From positions 1-28,505 of the forward strand of contig NW_021833570.1 of the NCBI RefSeq assembly GCF_006345805.1: a stretch of 28,505 nt of DNA. The letters run 5' to 3'. The notes under the pieces are model-generated. The model did not search any database, had not been told where the DNA came from, and saw nothing but the letters and a program-made list of their open reading frames with translations. Of this stretch, positions 9,821 through 21,582 are shown in pieces. The translations under genes and the position numbers were made by a program. The DNA is from Octopus sinensis (lineage: Eukaryota). Within the stretch, counting starts at the first letter, position 1; each line of letters opens with the position of its first letter.

Positions 9821-9939
9821 ATCAACAGTTATCATTATTTTCGACATTTTTAATCAATAAAACTGTTGGCGATCGAAGATCGATTCGTATCGATCTTCAT
9901 TGTTAGATATTGGTTGGTGGAGAGGAGGGGAGAATTGTG

Positions 9940-10357
9940 ATGCGGTGAAGATGATGACGGAGTGGGGGTAATGGTTTTTTTTTAGGGTGGTGGTGGTGGC
10001 AGTGGTGGTGATAAGGCGGACGTTGATAATGACTGTAATGGCAATTACACGGCGATGGGGGTGTTGGTGGTAATGATGGTAATGACAATGATGATGATGA
10101 TGATAATTGCGATGTCAGGGACGAGTCTGGTGATGGTGGTGGTGGTGGAGTGGTGGTTGTGATGATGGTACTGATGAGGATGATAACGATGATGGTGATG
10201 GTAGTGGTGGTGGCGGTGAGGATGATAATGATAACGATGGTATTGGTGGTAGTGGTGGTAGCGGTGGTGGTGATGATGCTGACGATGAGAGTAATTGTGA
10301 TGACAGACACGACTATGGTTGTGGTTGTGGTGGTGGTTGTGGCGGCGGCGGTAGTAG

Positions 10358-10396
<39 letters not shown>

Positions 10397-10520
10397 CAGC
10401 GGTAATGTTTACCATAAATTGACATCGTGATGTCAAAGACCGTGTTGATGATGATGGCGACGGCGGTGGTGGTGGTGGATGGTGGCGGTGGACAAACGGT
10501 AGTAGTAATAGTAAAGAAGT

Positions 10521-10595
<75 letters not shown>

Positions 10596-10603
10596 TGCTA
10601 CTG

Positions 10604-10643
<40 letters not shown>

Positions 10644-10657
10644 CACCACCACCACTA

Positions 10658-10689
<32 letters not shown>

Positions 10690-10695
10690 ACTGCT

Positions 10696-10726
<31 letters not shown>

Positions 10727-10760
10727 ATGATGGTGATGGTGATGATGATGATGATGACAA
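9940..10760. repeat. Large mosaic trinucleotide array (GGT/GAT, then ACT/GCT/ACC/GAT blocks)
   Basis: Directly visible; source of the 285-aa, 126-aa, 115-aa and 90-aa homopolymer ORFs. Confidence 0.95.
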
Positions 10761-12058
10761 TTTGTCTTGTTTAAAAGTTTTATAACATTAAAATGGGGGA
10801 AAGGAAAGTTTCATTATTATTGTTGTTGTTGTTGTTATCGTTGTCTAGTCTCTAAGACAAAAGGCGTTCTAGTCGTGACCAACCCGTTTTATTTTATATA
10901 TTGCACAATATATAAGGATCACTTTATCCAATCCATCCTTCTGTTTCTAAGATAAAATTACGTGACCTTAGAGGGATTTAGCTGCTAGTTCTTGCAGGAC
11001 AACCAACAACAGAGACGTTCTGTCGTTGGCTAAATGCCCTGTTGTTTGTTGTTGTTGTTGTTGTTGTTGTTATTGCTGTTTTTGTCATCGATTTTTGATG
11101 TTGCTTCGTCGCAGATGAATTCTGATCGAGCAGAACATTAGTCAAAGACATCCCATCTGTGACCAATTCGTCCTCTTGACGGTGGTATCCAAGGCTACTA
11201 CATCTGATGTATCATTTAGTATAGAGTCAACTGTGGTTTGAAGGAGGTTTTAGCATCTGTTTCTAGTAGGTCGAGAGACCACCGAAGTATTTTCTCTCTA
11301 GAAAATGGAAGTGTTGCAAGAAGTGCTTGGAAAGGTTACAGCGGTTCTTGAACTAACAAACTCCACCACCACCACCACCACCACCCCACCGAAATATTAC
11401 TAGAATCCATTGACCCCCCCCCCCGCAATCCCTTCCTTAGTTAACGAGATGAGAAAACAGAGTTTACTTCCATATACTTCTTCGTTCTTTGCAGTGGAAT
11501 TGGATAAGTTGAAAAAAAAAATAACTGTAGACCATCTTGAATTAATTAAATATGTTAATTTGTTATTTACCCCCCCTTTTCGTTCTTCACAGCCCCGCCC
11601 CCTTTCTTTTGAGAATTACTTGGTTAAAAGCAAGGGAGTATGGAAGACTGGTACCATTATTTCTTTGAGTGATAATGGGGGTGGGGTGGTGTGGTGATGG
11701 ATAGAGCTGTACTAAAATATCGTGCCCCCAGTCCACCACTCTGCTAGGCTTCGAGGTGAGGGTCATTTTTAGAGAGCCGACAACGCCACGATCTAGTTTC
11801 ACAATGTTTTAACCACTCTTCCTCAGCTCACCCTAACGACTTTCAGAGGAACACTAACCCTGTTGCAAGTAAAGTTCCCAGATAATCTGGCCCTTAATTC
11901 CCCTAATTCTGGGGACAAAAAAGAAAAAAATGGTGGGGGTATGCAGAATATAGAGCTCCGTTCCAGAACTATAATGTAAGGAAAAATCGCTGAGCTGATT
12001 TGAACACAGAAACTATGTGTCTAATACTATAGAAATACTCGGCCATCTGAAATTTATA

Positions 12059-12371
12059 GTGGCGGCGCAATGGCCCAGTGGTTAGGGCAGCAGGCTCGCT
12101 GTCAGAGGGTCGCGGTTTCGATTCCCAGACCGGGCCTTGTGTGTGTTTATTGAGCAAAGACACCTAAAAGCTCCACGAGGCTCCGGCAGGGGGTGGTGGA
12201 GACCCCTGTCGTACTCTTTCGCCCCAACTTTCTCTCACTCTTTCTTCCTGTTTCATGGGTAACGCTGCGATGGACTGGCGTCCCGTCAAGCTGGGGGGAA
12301 CACATACGCCACAGAAACCGGGAAACCGGGCCCATGAGCCTGGCTAGGTCTGAAAAGGGCACATAAATAAA
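12059..12371 (+). mobile_element. SINE family A head with alternative 3' tail Y
   Basis: GTGGCGGCGCAATGGCCCAGTGG ... GGTTTCGATTCCC, family A body to ~12254, then GCTGCGATGGACTGGCGTCCCGTC ... GAAACCGGGAAACCGG; same structure as 22826-23115. Confidence 0.85.
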
Positions 12372-12818
12372 TTTTAAAAATCTCAAATTTACACGGAGCA
12401 GAGAAAACACCCAGAGAAGTAAATGATCCGTCACCAGTTTCGACGATGAGTTCTCGGCTGCTCATTGAATTAAAATGCATGTAGTCGAGTATTTCTTTAT
12501 ATTATTCTAAGACAAAATCAAAACGACAAGGTTTGTATATTTACAATTAGAGAGGAGCAATCCATCAAATAAAATTCCGTACAGTCTCCTTTTACCCACT
12601 TATTTATTGTTAGCTCATAAGGCTTGGCTCGGTTCGATTCTTAGGTAAAACACTCTTGTGCAAGATATCACGGGATCGAACCCCGGTCTTGGTGATTGCG
12701 ATGCGAACTTCTTAATGCAGTCGTTGATTGTTGTGTTTTGTCTGTTTAATAATGGCAGCTCAGCTGGCAGTGGATCAACAGTTGGAACAGCAGTGGAAGA
12801 ACAGTAGAAAACACATTC

Positions 12819-12819
<1 letters not shown>

Positions 12820-12859
<40 letters not shown>

Positions 12860-13037
12860 CATTTATGTGCGTATAAGGTATGTATAAATACACATGTATT
12901 TATTATATAAACGTGTGTGTATGCATTTATATTTGAACGTATTCGTACAAAAATATATTTGTATGTAAATATATATATATACATACATACATATTTATGT
13001 GTGTGTATTTGTGTGTATATGTATATACACGCACGCG

Positions 13038-13094
<57 letters not shown>

Positions 13095-13317
13095 TACTCA
13101 CCGTTCGTAGACTATATATAGGTAACAACCCATCATATCATATAAGACGGATGTATGTTTAGCGAACATATCAATCAGGTCCGTAAACACAAGATGGCGG
13201 CGGCGGCGGAGACGGTGAATGGTGGCGGTGCTGGCGGCGGTGAAGAGTAATGTGGCATGGACATGTGTTTGTTTATGTGTGGCTTTCTATGTATGCATGT
13301 ATCTGTATGCACACACA

Positions 13318-13362
<45 letters not shown>

Positions 13363-13484
13363 ACACACATACATACACTCACCTGCCTATTCCAGGTTGT
13401 TTTTATTAGTGACGAAATCAGAATCTTTACCGTTTGTTTAGAAATATACGAGCAGAATACACTTATTTATGTATCACCGATGTA

Positions 13485-13517
<33 letters not shown>

Positions 13518-14257
13518 CAGAGAGAGAGAAAGAGAGAGAGGGTACTTGTGTGTATGTATATATAGGTGTATGCATGTGTTCGTGTGTGTGTGTATATGTA
13601 CTTCTGTGTGCGTGTGTGTGAGAGTGTGTGTGTGTGTGTGTGTGTGTGAGTGTGCGTGTGTATGTATGTGTGTGTGTGTATGTACAGATAAATGCATACA
13701 GATACATGCATACGTACATGCATACATACATGTGTGTGTATGTATATATAGGTATGCATGTGTGTGTATGTGTGTGTGTATATGTACTTCTGCGTGTGTA
13801 TGTATAAGTACTTGTGTGTATATGTATATATATATATAGGTATATGCACGTGTGCGTGTGTGTATGTACGTATATGCGTGTGTGTATGTACGTGTGTGTG
13901 AGTGTATCTATGTACGTATATGCATGTGCATTTGCGTACATGCGTTTATATGCGTTTGTTTGTACTGGAGTGTATGCATGTACATTTGTGTACGTGTGTA
14001 TGTGTGTGCACGTGTATCTATTCTCCTGTTCGTGTACGTGTGTATATGTGTGTTTGATATTTGTCTGTGTGTGTAGATTGGGCTATTCGTGCATGTGTAT
14101 ACGTGTGATCGTGAATATGTGTGCGCACGTCGTATATGTGTGTATATATATATATATGTCCATAGACATATGTGAGTGTATGTGTGTATGTGTGTATATG
14201 TATGTGTGTGCGGAGAGAGAGAGAGAGGAGCGAGAGAAAGAGACAGAGAGAGAGAGA

Positions 14258-14289
<32 letters not shown>

Positions 14290-14296
14290 AAGTGAA

Positions 14297-14335
<39 letters not shown>

Positions 14336-14360
14336 GAGACAGAGAGACAGAGAAAGAGAG
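12820..14360. repeat. About 1.5-kb compound (TG)/(CA)/(TA)/(GA) microsatellite field
   Basis: Directly visible; all ORFs here are HT/CV/ER dipeptide repeats. Confidence 0.95.
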
Positions 14361-14735
14361 AGAGCGTACATGGCTGAATGGCTCAGAAATCTGAATCGTA
14401 ATTCACAGGTTCCTGGCTCGAATCTCCGATACGGCGCTTTAACCTCTAGTCGACTCACGCTTTGTGAGTTTGGCGGTTTATTGGTAGAATCTTTCGATGG
14501 TCGGTTAACCTTGCAGTAATTTAGTTACTGCTCTGAATTCTGAGTTCAAATCCCGCCAAGGCCTCAACCATGGTTTTTCAGCTTTTTCAAGGATTCTGAG
14601 ACGATGGAATAAATTTTCTCACACACACTTACTAAAGTGGGATTAATATTCCTTTGAACCAACAAAACAACATAAATACTAAAGGGATTACATATGACAG
14701 AAGACTATATATATATATATACATATATATATACA

Positions 14736-14959
14736 TACAAGGAGGTGCTGAAAAGTTCCTGGCTTTGGGTAAAAAAAAATACAGGAGGATCAGTTAATTA
14801 TGATTTTATTCAACATATTCTCCTCTCAGATTCACACACTTATTGCAGCAGTCCTTCCGATTTTCTAAGCCCTGTAAAAGAACTTGGAAGGGTGGGCCAT
14901 TAGGTCTTTCGTGAAACCCTTAAAGCCAGGGGCTTATCAGTATCCCCTCATCCCCCGTA
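14736..14959. mobile_element. Tc1/mariner-type MITE
   Basis: TA-CAAGGAGGTGCTGAAAAGTTCCTGGCTTT ... AAAGCCAGGGGCTTATCAGTATCCCC..CG-TA: imperfect ~30-bp terminal inverted repeats, TA dinucleotides at both ends, no ORF. Confidence 0.75.
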
Positions 14960-15039
14960 TATATATATATATATATGCACGCACACACAGATATATATAT
15001 GTATATATGTGTATCATAATAATAATTTTTTTTCTATAA

Positions 15040-15240
15040 TTGAAATTTCTCCTGAAATTTTGGGGGATGGGGTTTGTCGATTACATCGACCCCAGTACTT
15101 GACTTGTACATATTTTATCGACCCCGAAATGATAAAAATGCGAAGGCGACCTCAGCGTAGTTCGAACTCAGTACGTAAGGAGGTGGAAGATAGGCTGCGA
15201 AACATTTTCTTCGGCGAGCTAAGGATTCTTCCACCTCGCT
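15040..15240 (-). mobile_element. SINE family D, diverged
   Basis: GTCGATTACATCGACCCCAGTAC ... TTATCGACCCCGAAA ... TTCGAACTC (reverse of family D). Confidence 0.75.
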
Positions 15241-15254
15241 CTTAATAATAATAG

Positions 15255-15454
15255 TTTCAAATTTTGCCACAAGGGCCGCCATTTTGGAGAGGAGATGAGT
15301 CGATTACATCGACCCCAGTACTCAACTGCTACTTCATTTACCGACCCCCAGAGGATGAAAGGCGAAGTCGACTTCGGTGGAATTTGAACTTAGAGCGTAG
15401 CGACTGGCGAAATTTCGTCCAGTGTGCGTGCTAACGATTCTGCCATCTTGCCGC

Positions 15455-15455
<1 letters not shown>
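15255..15455 (-). mobile_element. SINE family D, near full length
   Basis: Reverse of GCGGCAAGATGGCAGAATCGTTAG ... AAGTTCAAATTCC ... CTGGGGTCGATGTAATCGACT. Confidence 0.8.
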
Positions 15456-15513
<58 letters not shown>

Positions 15514-15527
15514 TAATAATAATAATA

Positions 15528-15560
<33 letters not shown>
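15456..15560. repeat. (AAT)n microsatellite
   Basis: About 35 near-perfect units. Confidence 0.98.
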
Positions 15561-15660
15561 GTACTAGTTACGCACTGGGGTCGATATAATCGACTTAATC
15601 TCTGTATCTGTCCTTGTTTGTCCCCTTTGTGTTTAGCCCCTTGTGTGCAATAAAGAAATA
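15559..15660 (+). mobile_element. SINE family D, 3' part
   Basis: AAGTACTAGTTACGCACTGGGGTCGAT ... TTTAGCCCCTTGTG ... TAAAGAAATA. Confidence 0.8.
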
Positions 15661-17028
15661 CGAATCGTTACCGCACCGGACAAAATGCTCTTCTAGGTCT
15701 TTATGGTCTCAGTTCAATTGCCGCTGAGAACAACGTTGCCTTTCAATTCTTTCAGATTCAATGAAAGAATTACGAATGGAGTCCTGGGCTCGATGTAACC
15801 GACTACATTTTCTTCACAAAAAAACCCTCTGAACGAACGACGAAGACATTCAGTAGTGACTCTACGCTAGACATAGCAGCCAAATGTCTCTCAAGTTGCA
15901 TTTAAAAGAATTGTAAAACAAATCGGATAATGTAATCTTTGTTGGAGCCTCTTTGGTCATTTGTTAGCTCGGTCATTGATTATTTAGAACTTAACAACAA
16001 TGACGACAACGGCGGCAATGACGTCGTGGACATGAATTAGTGACAAGGTTTCGATCCCCGGTTTCATTGAGGGACATCACTTTCGCAAGACACGTGATTT
16101 CTCATTGACCACACATTAACCATACCATGCCCCGTGCCAGACACAATTGCACAGGTGAAGAAACACGCACGCGCAACCATTTGTCGTCGTCCCCTTTATA
16201 CCTTCAACGCTGTTTTTTCGTAACTAAACCAGAAGAACGGAGGGAAGGCGAAGGGGATGCATGAGGGCCCAAGAAAAAGACGAGAATGGATAGCCATATG
16301 CGGGTACCAGTGTGTATGTGTGTGTGTACATACATACACATACACACTCACACAAACATCTAAAATATATATACATGTATATATATGTATACACATACAT
16401 GACACTCCTACAGGTGTTGGCCAAGACAAAAATGTGTGCATATATATATATCTATATATATATACACACACAGACACACATATATACATACATACATACG
16501 TACATATATGTACATACATAAACATACATACATACATTTATATGCATACACATATATACACACACATATATTTATATATATTGAACCTTGTAATCCAATG
16601 TATTTATTAATCAATATATATTATATATCAACAGGTAGTCAGACAAAGACAGGAACAGACGCTGTCCGTGTGTCCGTGTTTGTGTGCGCGTGTGTCCGTG
16701 TGTCCATTGAACTGTGTCACATCCTATATCTAAATATATATATATATGTTTACCTTTAACGAGCGATGATGTCATCTGTTACACCTTTTGTCCACTGCTC
16801 CTTTCCTCTTCAGAATATAGTCATACCTGCAGCATCCCTTAAACCGGAGATGATGGTCATGACGGGACGGGTCGGGGTGTGCTTATGTGTCATGAACATC
16901 TTACTCATTAATTAGGTGGCAATACGGGTGGTGGTGGTGGCGGTGATGGTGGTGGTGGTGGGGCCGTGGAGGGGCAGTGATCGTCGTCGTTGTTGTTGTT
17001 CTTGATATTAATGATGATACTTTTGATA

Positions 17029-17426
17029 CTTTTACTTGTTTCAGTCATTTTACTTTGGCCATGCTGGAGCATCGCCTTTAGTCGAGCAAATGGACCCCCA
17101 AGACTTATTCTTTGTAAGCCTAGGACTTACTCTATTGGTCTCTTTTGCCGAACCGCTAAGTTACGGGGGACGTAAACACACCAACATCGGTTGTCAAGCG
17201 ATGTCGGGTGGGGGACAAACACAGACACACAAACATATACACACACATATATATACATATATATGATGGGCTTCTTTCAGTTTCCGTCTACCAAATCCAC
17301 TCACAAGGCTTTGGTCAGCCCGAGGCTATATTAGAAGACACTTGCCCAAGGTGCCATGCAGTGGGACTGAACCCGGAACCATGTGGTTGGTAAGCAAACT
17401 ACTTGCCACACAGCCACTCCTACGCC
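17029..17426 (-). mobile_element. SINE family C, full length
   Basis: High reverse-complement similarity to 19070-19510 along the whole length. Confidence 0.92.
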
Positions 17427-17465
17427 TATATGATAACGTTTTTCGTTGTTGTTGTTGTTGCTAAG

Positions 17466-17680
17466 ACGGCGAGCTGACAGGATCGTTCGCTCGCCGGACA
17501 AAATGCGACGCTGCATTTCGTCCATCTTTACGTTCTGAGTTCAAATTGCGGTGAGGTCGACTTTGTCTTTCATCCTTTCGGGATCGATAAATTAAGGACC
17601 AGTTGAACACTGGAGTCGATGTCTTCGACAAACTCCCAACTCTCAAACAATTTCAGGCCTTGTGCCTATAGCAAAAAGAT
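17466..17680 (+). mobile_element. SINE family D
   Basis: GGCGAGCTGACAGGATCG ... GAGTTCAAATTGC ... CTTTCATCCTTTCGGGATCGATAAATTAAG. Confidence 0.8.
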
Positions 17681-17699
17681 TGTTATTGTTGTTGATGTC

Positions 17700-17806
17700 C
17701 ATGTTGTTATTGCACTTTGCTGCTGCTGCTGATGATGCTAGTGGTGGTAGTGGTGCTGGTGGTGGCGGCGGTGGGGTGATGTGATGATGCTGGTGACGAT
17801 GATTAC

Positions 17807-17855
<49 letters not shown>

Positions 17856-17960
17856 ACGATGATGATGATGATGATGATATTATTGTCTTTTGTCTCCTTG
17901 TCGTTGTTGCTGATATTGTTCTTGTTATTGTTTATTTTTGCATTTGTTGTTGTTATTGCC
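17700..17960. repeat. (GGT)/(GAT)n/(GTT) trinucleotide mosaic
   Basis: Directly visible; pure (GAT)n at ~17805-17880. Confidence 0.95.
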
Positions 17961-18265
17961 GTTGTCATTTTTCTTAAAATCCATGACTAACAACCCTGGT
18001 CGAGCTGGTCTATAATCCAACTTCGTTCCAGCCGTGAACATTCCATCTTCTTCCTAGATACAGCACAAGTCCAATGCTGTCGTTCGGTTTTGTTAAAAAA
18101 ATAACTGAATGTACTTTCTGAGGATTTCGACTGCTATTTCTAGCAACCACAGACAGGTCCCTCTCTACCTGCATCTCTCTCTGCTGTTGTTGCTGCTTGA
18201 CGCTGTTGTTTAGCCCCAGGTCATCCCTAATCAAGTCGACCTATGATCAATGGTATTCTAGCAGT

Positions 18266-18410
18266 TCCGCCGAGGTCGACTTTGCCTTTCATCCTTTCGG
18301 GGTCGATAAGTTAAGTACAAGTTACGCACTGGGGTCGATGTAATCGACTTAATACCTATGTCTGTCTTTGTCCCTTCTATGTTTAGCCCCTTGTGGGTAA
18401 TAAAGAAATA
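18266..18410 (+). mobile_element. 5'-truncated SINE family D inserted into a family E repeat, perfect 14-bp TSD
   Basis: GGTATTCTAGCAGT at 18252-18265 and 18411-18424; the host family E sequence runs from ~18200 to ~18560. Confidence 0.9.
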
Positions 18411-19069
18411 GGTATTCTAGCAGTGAGCATCCTGTTTCGTTCCTACGGTCAGGGAAGCCGGGACCTCATAATCCAGCAACGTCTTTTCTGAGAGGATGAT
18501 ATATGATTTGAAGGAGATTTGACTGTTATTTCTAACAAACTGTGTGACCACGTAGAGGTTCCTCCTCCTTTGGTTCGTGTGCCACCTTATTGTAACGATC
18601 ATTGAGGTTAGCGCTGGGAGAAAGGAGCCATTTTGTTTTTTATGACATCATCATTGATTTGTGTGTATTTGTATATGTGCGTATTATCGTTGCTCCTTTA
18701 GCATTTAATCCGGCCATATCCAGTCCAGATATTCTGCCTGTTTTGTATTTACACCGGCCAGACCTTGCCTTTCAAATACCGCCACATCTTCCTTGGATAA
18801 TTGAATTAACCCGTGACCGAACCCCATCTTGCATCCTGTGTACCAATAGTGGACCTAACTGTTGTAAGTAATTGCGGCCAGGCCTCCAGTCTCAGAATAC
18901 CTACTCCTCCCTCGATCCTTCTAGCATTATCGAAGGCCCTGTGAACGGTATGGCCACTGTTCTTCATTCTTGACTAAAAGATTAAAAAAAAAATAAACAT
19001 AGGTCCTCAGGTTCGATCTTTGTGCGCAACATCTTCAGCTATATTTTTTAATATAACCTAGGATATATA

Positions 19070-19243
19070 GGCGTAGGAGTGGCTGTGTGGTAAGTAGCTT
19101 GCTTACCAACCTCATGGTTCCGGGTTCAGTCCCACTGCTTGGCACCTTGGTCAAGTGTTTTCTACTATAGCCTCGGGCCGACCAAGCCTTGTGAGTGGAT
19201 TTGGTAGACGGAAACTGAAAGAAGCCTGTCGTATATATGTATG

Positions 19244-19304
<61 letters not shown>

Positions 19305-19510
19305 TTGTGTGTCTGTGTTTGTCCCCCCCAACATCGCTTGACAACCGATGCTAGTGTGTTTACGTCTCCGTAACTTAGCGGTTCGGTAAAAGAGATAGAT
19401 AGAATAAGTACTAGGCTTCCAAAGAATAAGTCCTGGGGTCCATTTGCTCGATTAAAGGCGGTGTTCCAGCATGGCCGCAGTCAAATGACTGAAACAAGTA
19501 AAAGAGTAAA
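19070..19510 (+). mobile_element. SINE family C (tRNA head, CORE-like domain, internal microsatellite), full length
   Basis: GGCGTAGGAGTGGCTGTGTGG ... GGGTTCAGTCCC ... CACCTTGGTCAAGTG ... (TA)(TG)n ... ACTGAAACAAGTAAAAGAG. Resembles the octopus OR-type CORE-SINEs (from memory, not verified). Confidence 0.92.
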
Positions 19511-19592
19511 GGATCAAATTAAGGAGACAAAAACAATGAGGTGACACGGATGGACTGATCCTTTAATTTAAAGGACTCCAGCCCTACTATAT

Positions 19593-19755
19593 GTGGAGGC
19601 GTATAGCTTAATGGTTAGTGTGTTGAACTCATGATCGTAAGATTGTGGTTTCGATTCCTGGACTGGCTAATGCGTTGTGTTCTTGAGCAAGACACTTCAT
19701 TTCACATTGCTTCAGTATATTCAGCTGGTAAGAATGAGTAATCCTGCGACGGACC
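19593..19755 (+). mobile_element. tRNA/CORE-like SINE (head B), 3'-truncated at the start of tail Y
   Basis: GTGGAGGCGTATAGCTTAATGG ... GGTTTCGATTCC ... TTCTTGAGCAAGACACTT ... CCTGCGACGGAC. Confidence 0.75.
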
Positions 19756-19861
19756 GTGTTACATGCTGTGTTACACGCTGTCACCTACTGTGTCACGCTC
19801 TGTCGCGTCACTGTTACAACCACCGTCTCACAATGAATCACACACTATGTTACATATTGAG

Positions 19862-20412
19862 TTCACCATCATTCATCATTGTTCGACCGTGGTCGAGACA
19901 ATGGAGTTTACTATGTTACGCCAGACTTCACGGTCCATCATGGCATTACGGAGGTCCTGTTGCTGGATGCCTGTATCCCTGGAGATTACATCAGGGTAGG
20001 AGAGTGTGCGCCCTCTGGTATTGCGGGTAGATGGCTTCCAGAGGAGAAGAGTAGAAATTACCTCGTTTTCAGCTCTACAACAATGTCCAGCAAACTGGAC
20101 TCTCCTACCTTTCACAAGAGATGACACAGGTGGTAGTTTCCCATATATTTGCATTTTGGTTGGATGACGCTTCCACGAGATATTTTGAGCTCTCATAAGG
20201 AGGCGAGTGTAAGTTCCATCCAACCGCCACTCAAGCTTCTTTGATAACGTCCAGGTTTCTGAGCCATATAGTAGAATTGGTTCGACTGTGGCTTTGAAGA
20301 TTTTAAGTTTGAAATCTCTACTTAGATTTGATGACCAGATCTTCTGCATATCATTACAGGCTGACCAGGCCATACCCTTTCTAATTAGAAAATCTTTTTC
20401 AGATGATGATAT
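19862..20412 (-). mobile_element. RTE-clade LINE, 5'-truncated 3' end (ORF C-terminus, frame intact)
   Basis: ISSSEKDFLIRKGMAWSACN ... ILLYGSETWTL ... QFAGHCCR ... MMDREVWR: typical RTE post-RT C-terminus. The stop is followed at once by a short (TGA)n-type tail. Confidence 0.9.
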
Positions 20413-20815
20413 GCGTTACACCCAGTGCCATCCACTGTATCCCCTGCTATACCACTACTGTGTCACACAGTCACATAGCATATCCCATACTTTGTCGCAT
20501 ACTGATTCTGTCTAGGAATTATGTTAAAAGTACAAGTGTTACTTGAGTGGAACGAGTCACATAGACCAGTGTTATACAACCTAGGGTCATACAACAACAA
20601 CAACAATCAGAACACATGAAATACTCATCGTCGAGGCCGACCGATGAACAGTTTGCCTTTTGCTTTTGAAATTTATTTACCGAAACAAACAAATACCAGA
20701 CAATAACAGGAAATATTGCAGATACACGCTAAAAGCATAATCTTGTTTCTCACAGCTGCTGACCACCACACATCACTGCATTTGGCCAATGACCAGCGGC
20801 ATTGCTGGTCATTTA

Positions 20816-20929
<114 letters not shown>

Positions 20930-21582
20930 CGACAAGTCTTTTTAGTGATGTAGATAACGTCAGATAACTAGACAGCAACGCACTTCCGGTGCTCTATCTG
21001 TCTGTCTGTCTGTCTCTATTCAACTGTATACAGAGACAGACATACATATACACGTATACACTCACACATTGATGTACACATGTGTGAGTATATCGATATA
21101 TATACATACATGCATATATGTATACACACACATATATACACGTGCACACACACACAAACACACATACATATTGCGTATAATCTATCTTTATGAATGCATA
21201 TTAAAGGAGAATAGTTAAGCGTTTTAAGAAGACGCACTAAATCAGTAGATTAGCAGAATTGTCAGTCTGAGTTCAAATCAAGCCAAGGCAAGCTTTGCAT
21301 TTTTGTCCTTGGGATCGATAAAACAAAGTACCAGTCCAGGGTGATGATCTGGTATTGCTGCATTTATTCCGGCCCTTCGCGCTCCAAGTTCAAATTCTGT
21401 CGAATTCAATTATTAATTTTTATTCTTCATGGAAGCGATGAACTACAAAAATAGTTGAGTAGTATATAGTTAAAAAGTTAAATATCAATGAAAAAAGATA
21501 AGATTTATTCAAATTTCAATAGCGACAAACAAAAGTTGTTGAGGAAGAATTGAGCTGCAATAAATAAATAAAGAAATAGAGA

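Noticed and set aside
9903-10760. 285-aa and other long ORFs in the trinucleotide mosaic
   Set aside because: Pure homopolymer runs in several frames on both strands, non-ATG starts for some, no splice or domain evidence.
13190-13220. YY1-like CAAGATGGCGGC followed by (GGC)n
   Set aside because: Isolated motif inside a microsatellite field; no supporting promoter features.
12817-14519. Many 60-200-aa HT/CV/ER-repeat ORFs
   Set aside because: Translations of (CA)n, (TG)n and (GA)n microsatellites.
16790-16910. Polypyrimidine tract + CAG as acceptor for exon 2
   Set aside because: The phase-1 frame stops after 9 codons (or gives unrelated sequence from the next AG); nothing TGF-beta-like.
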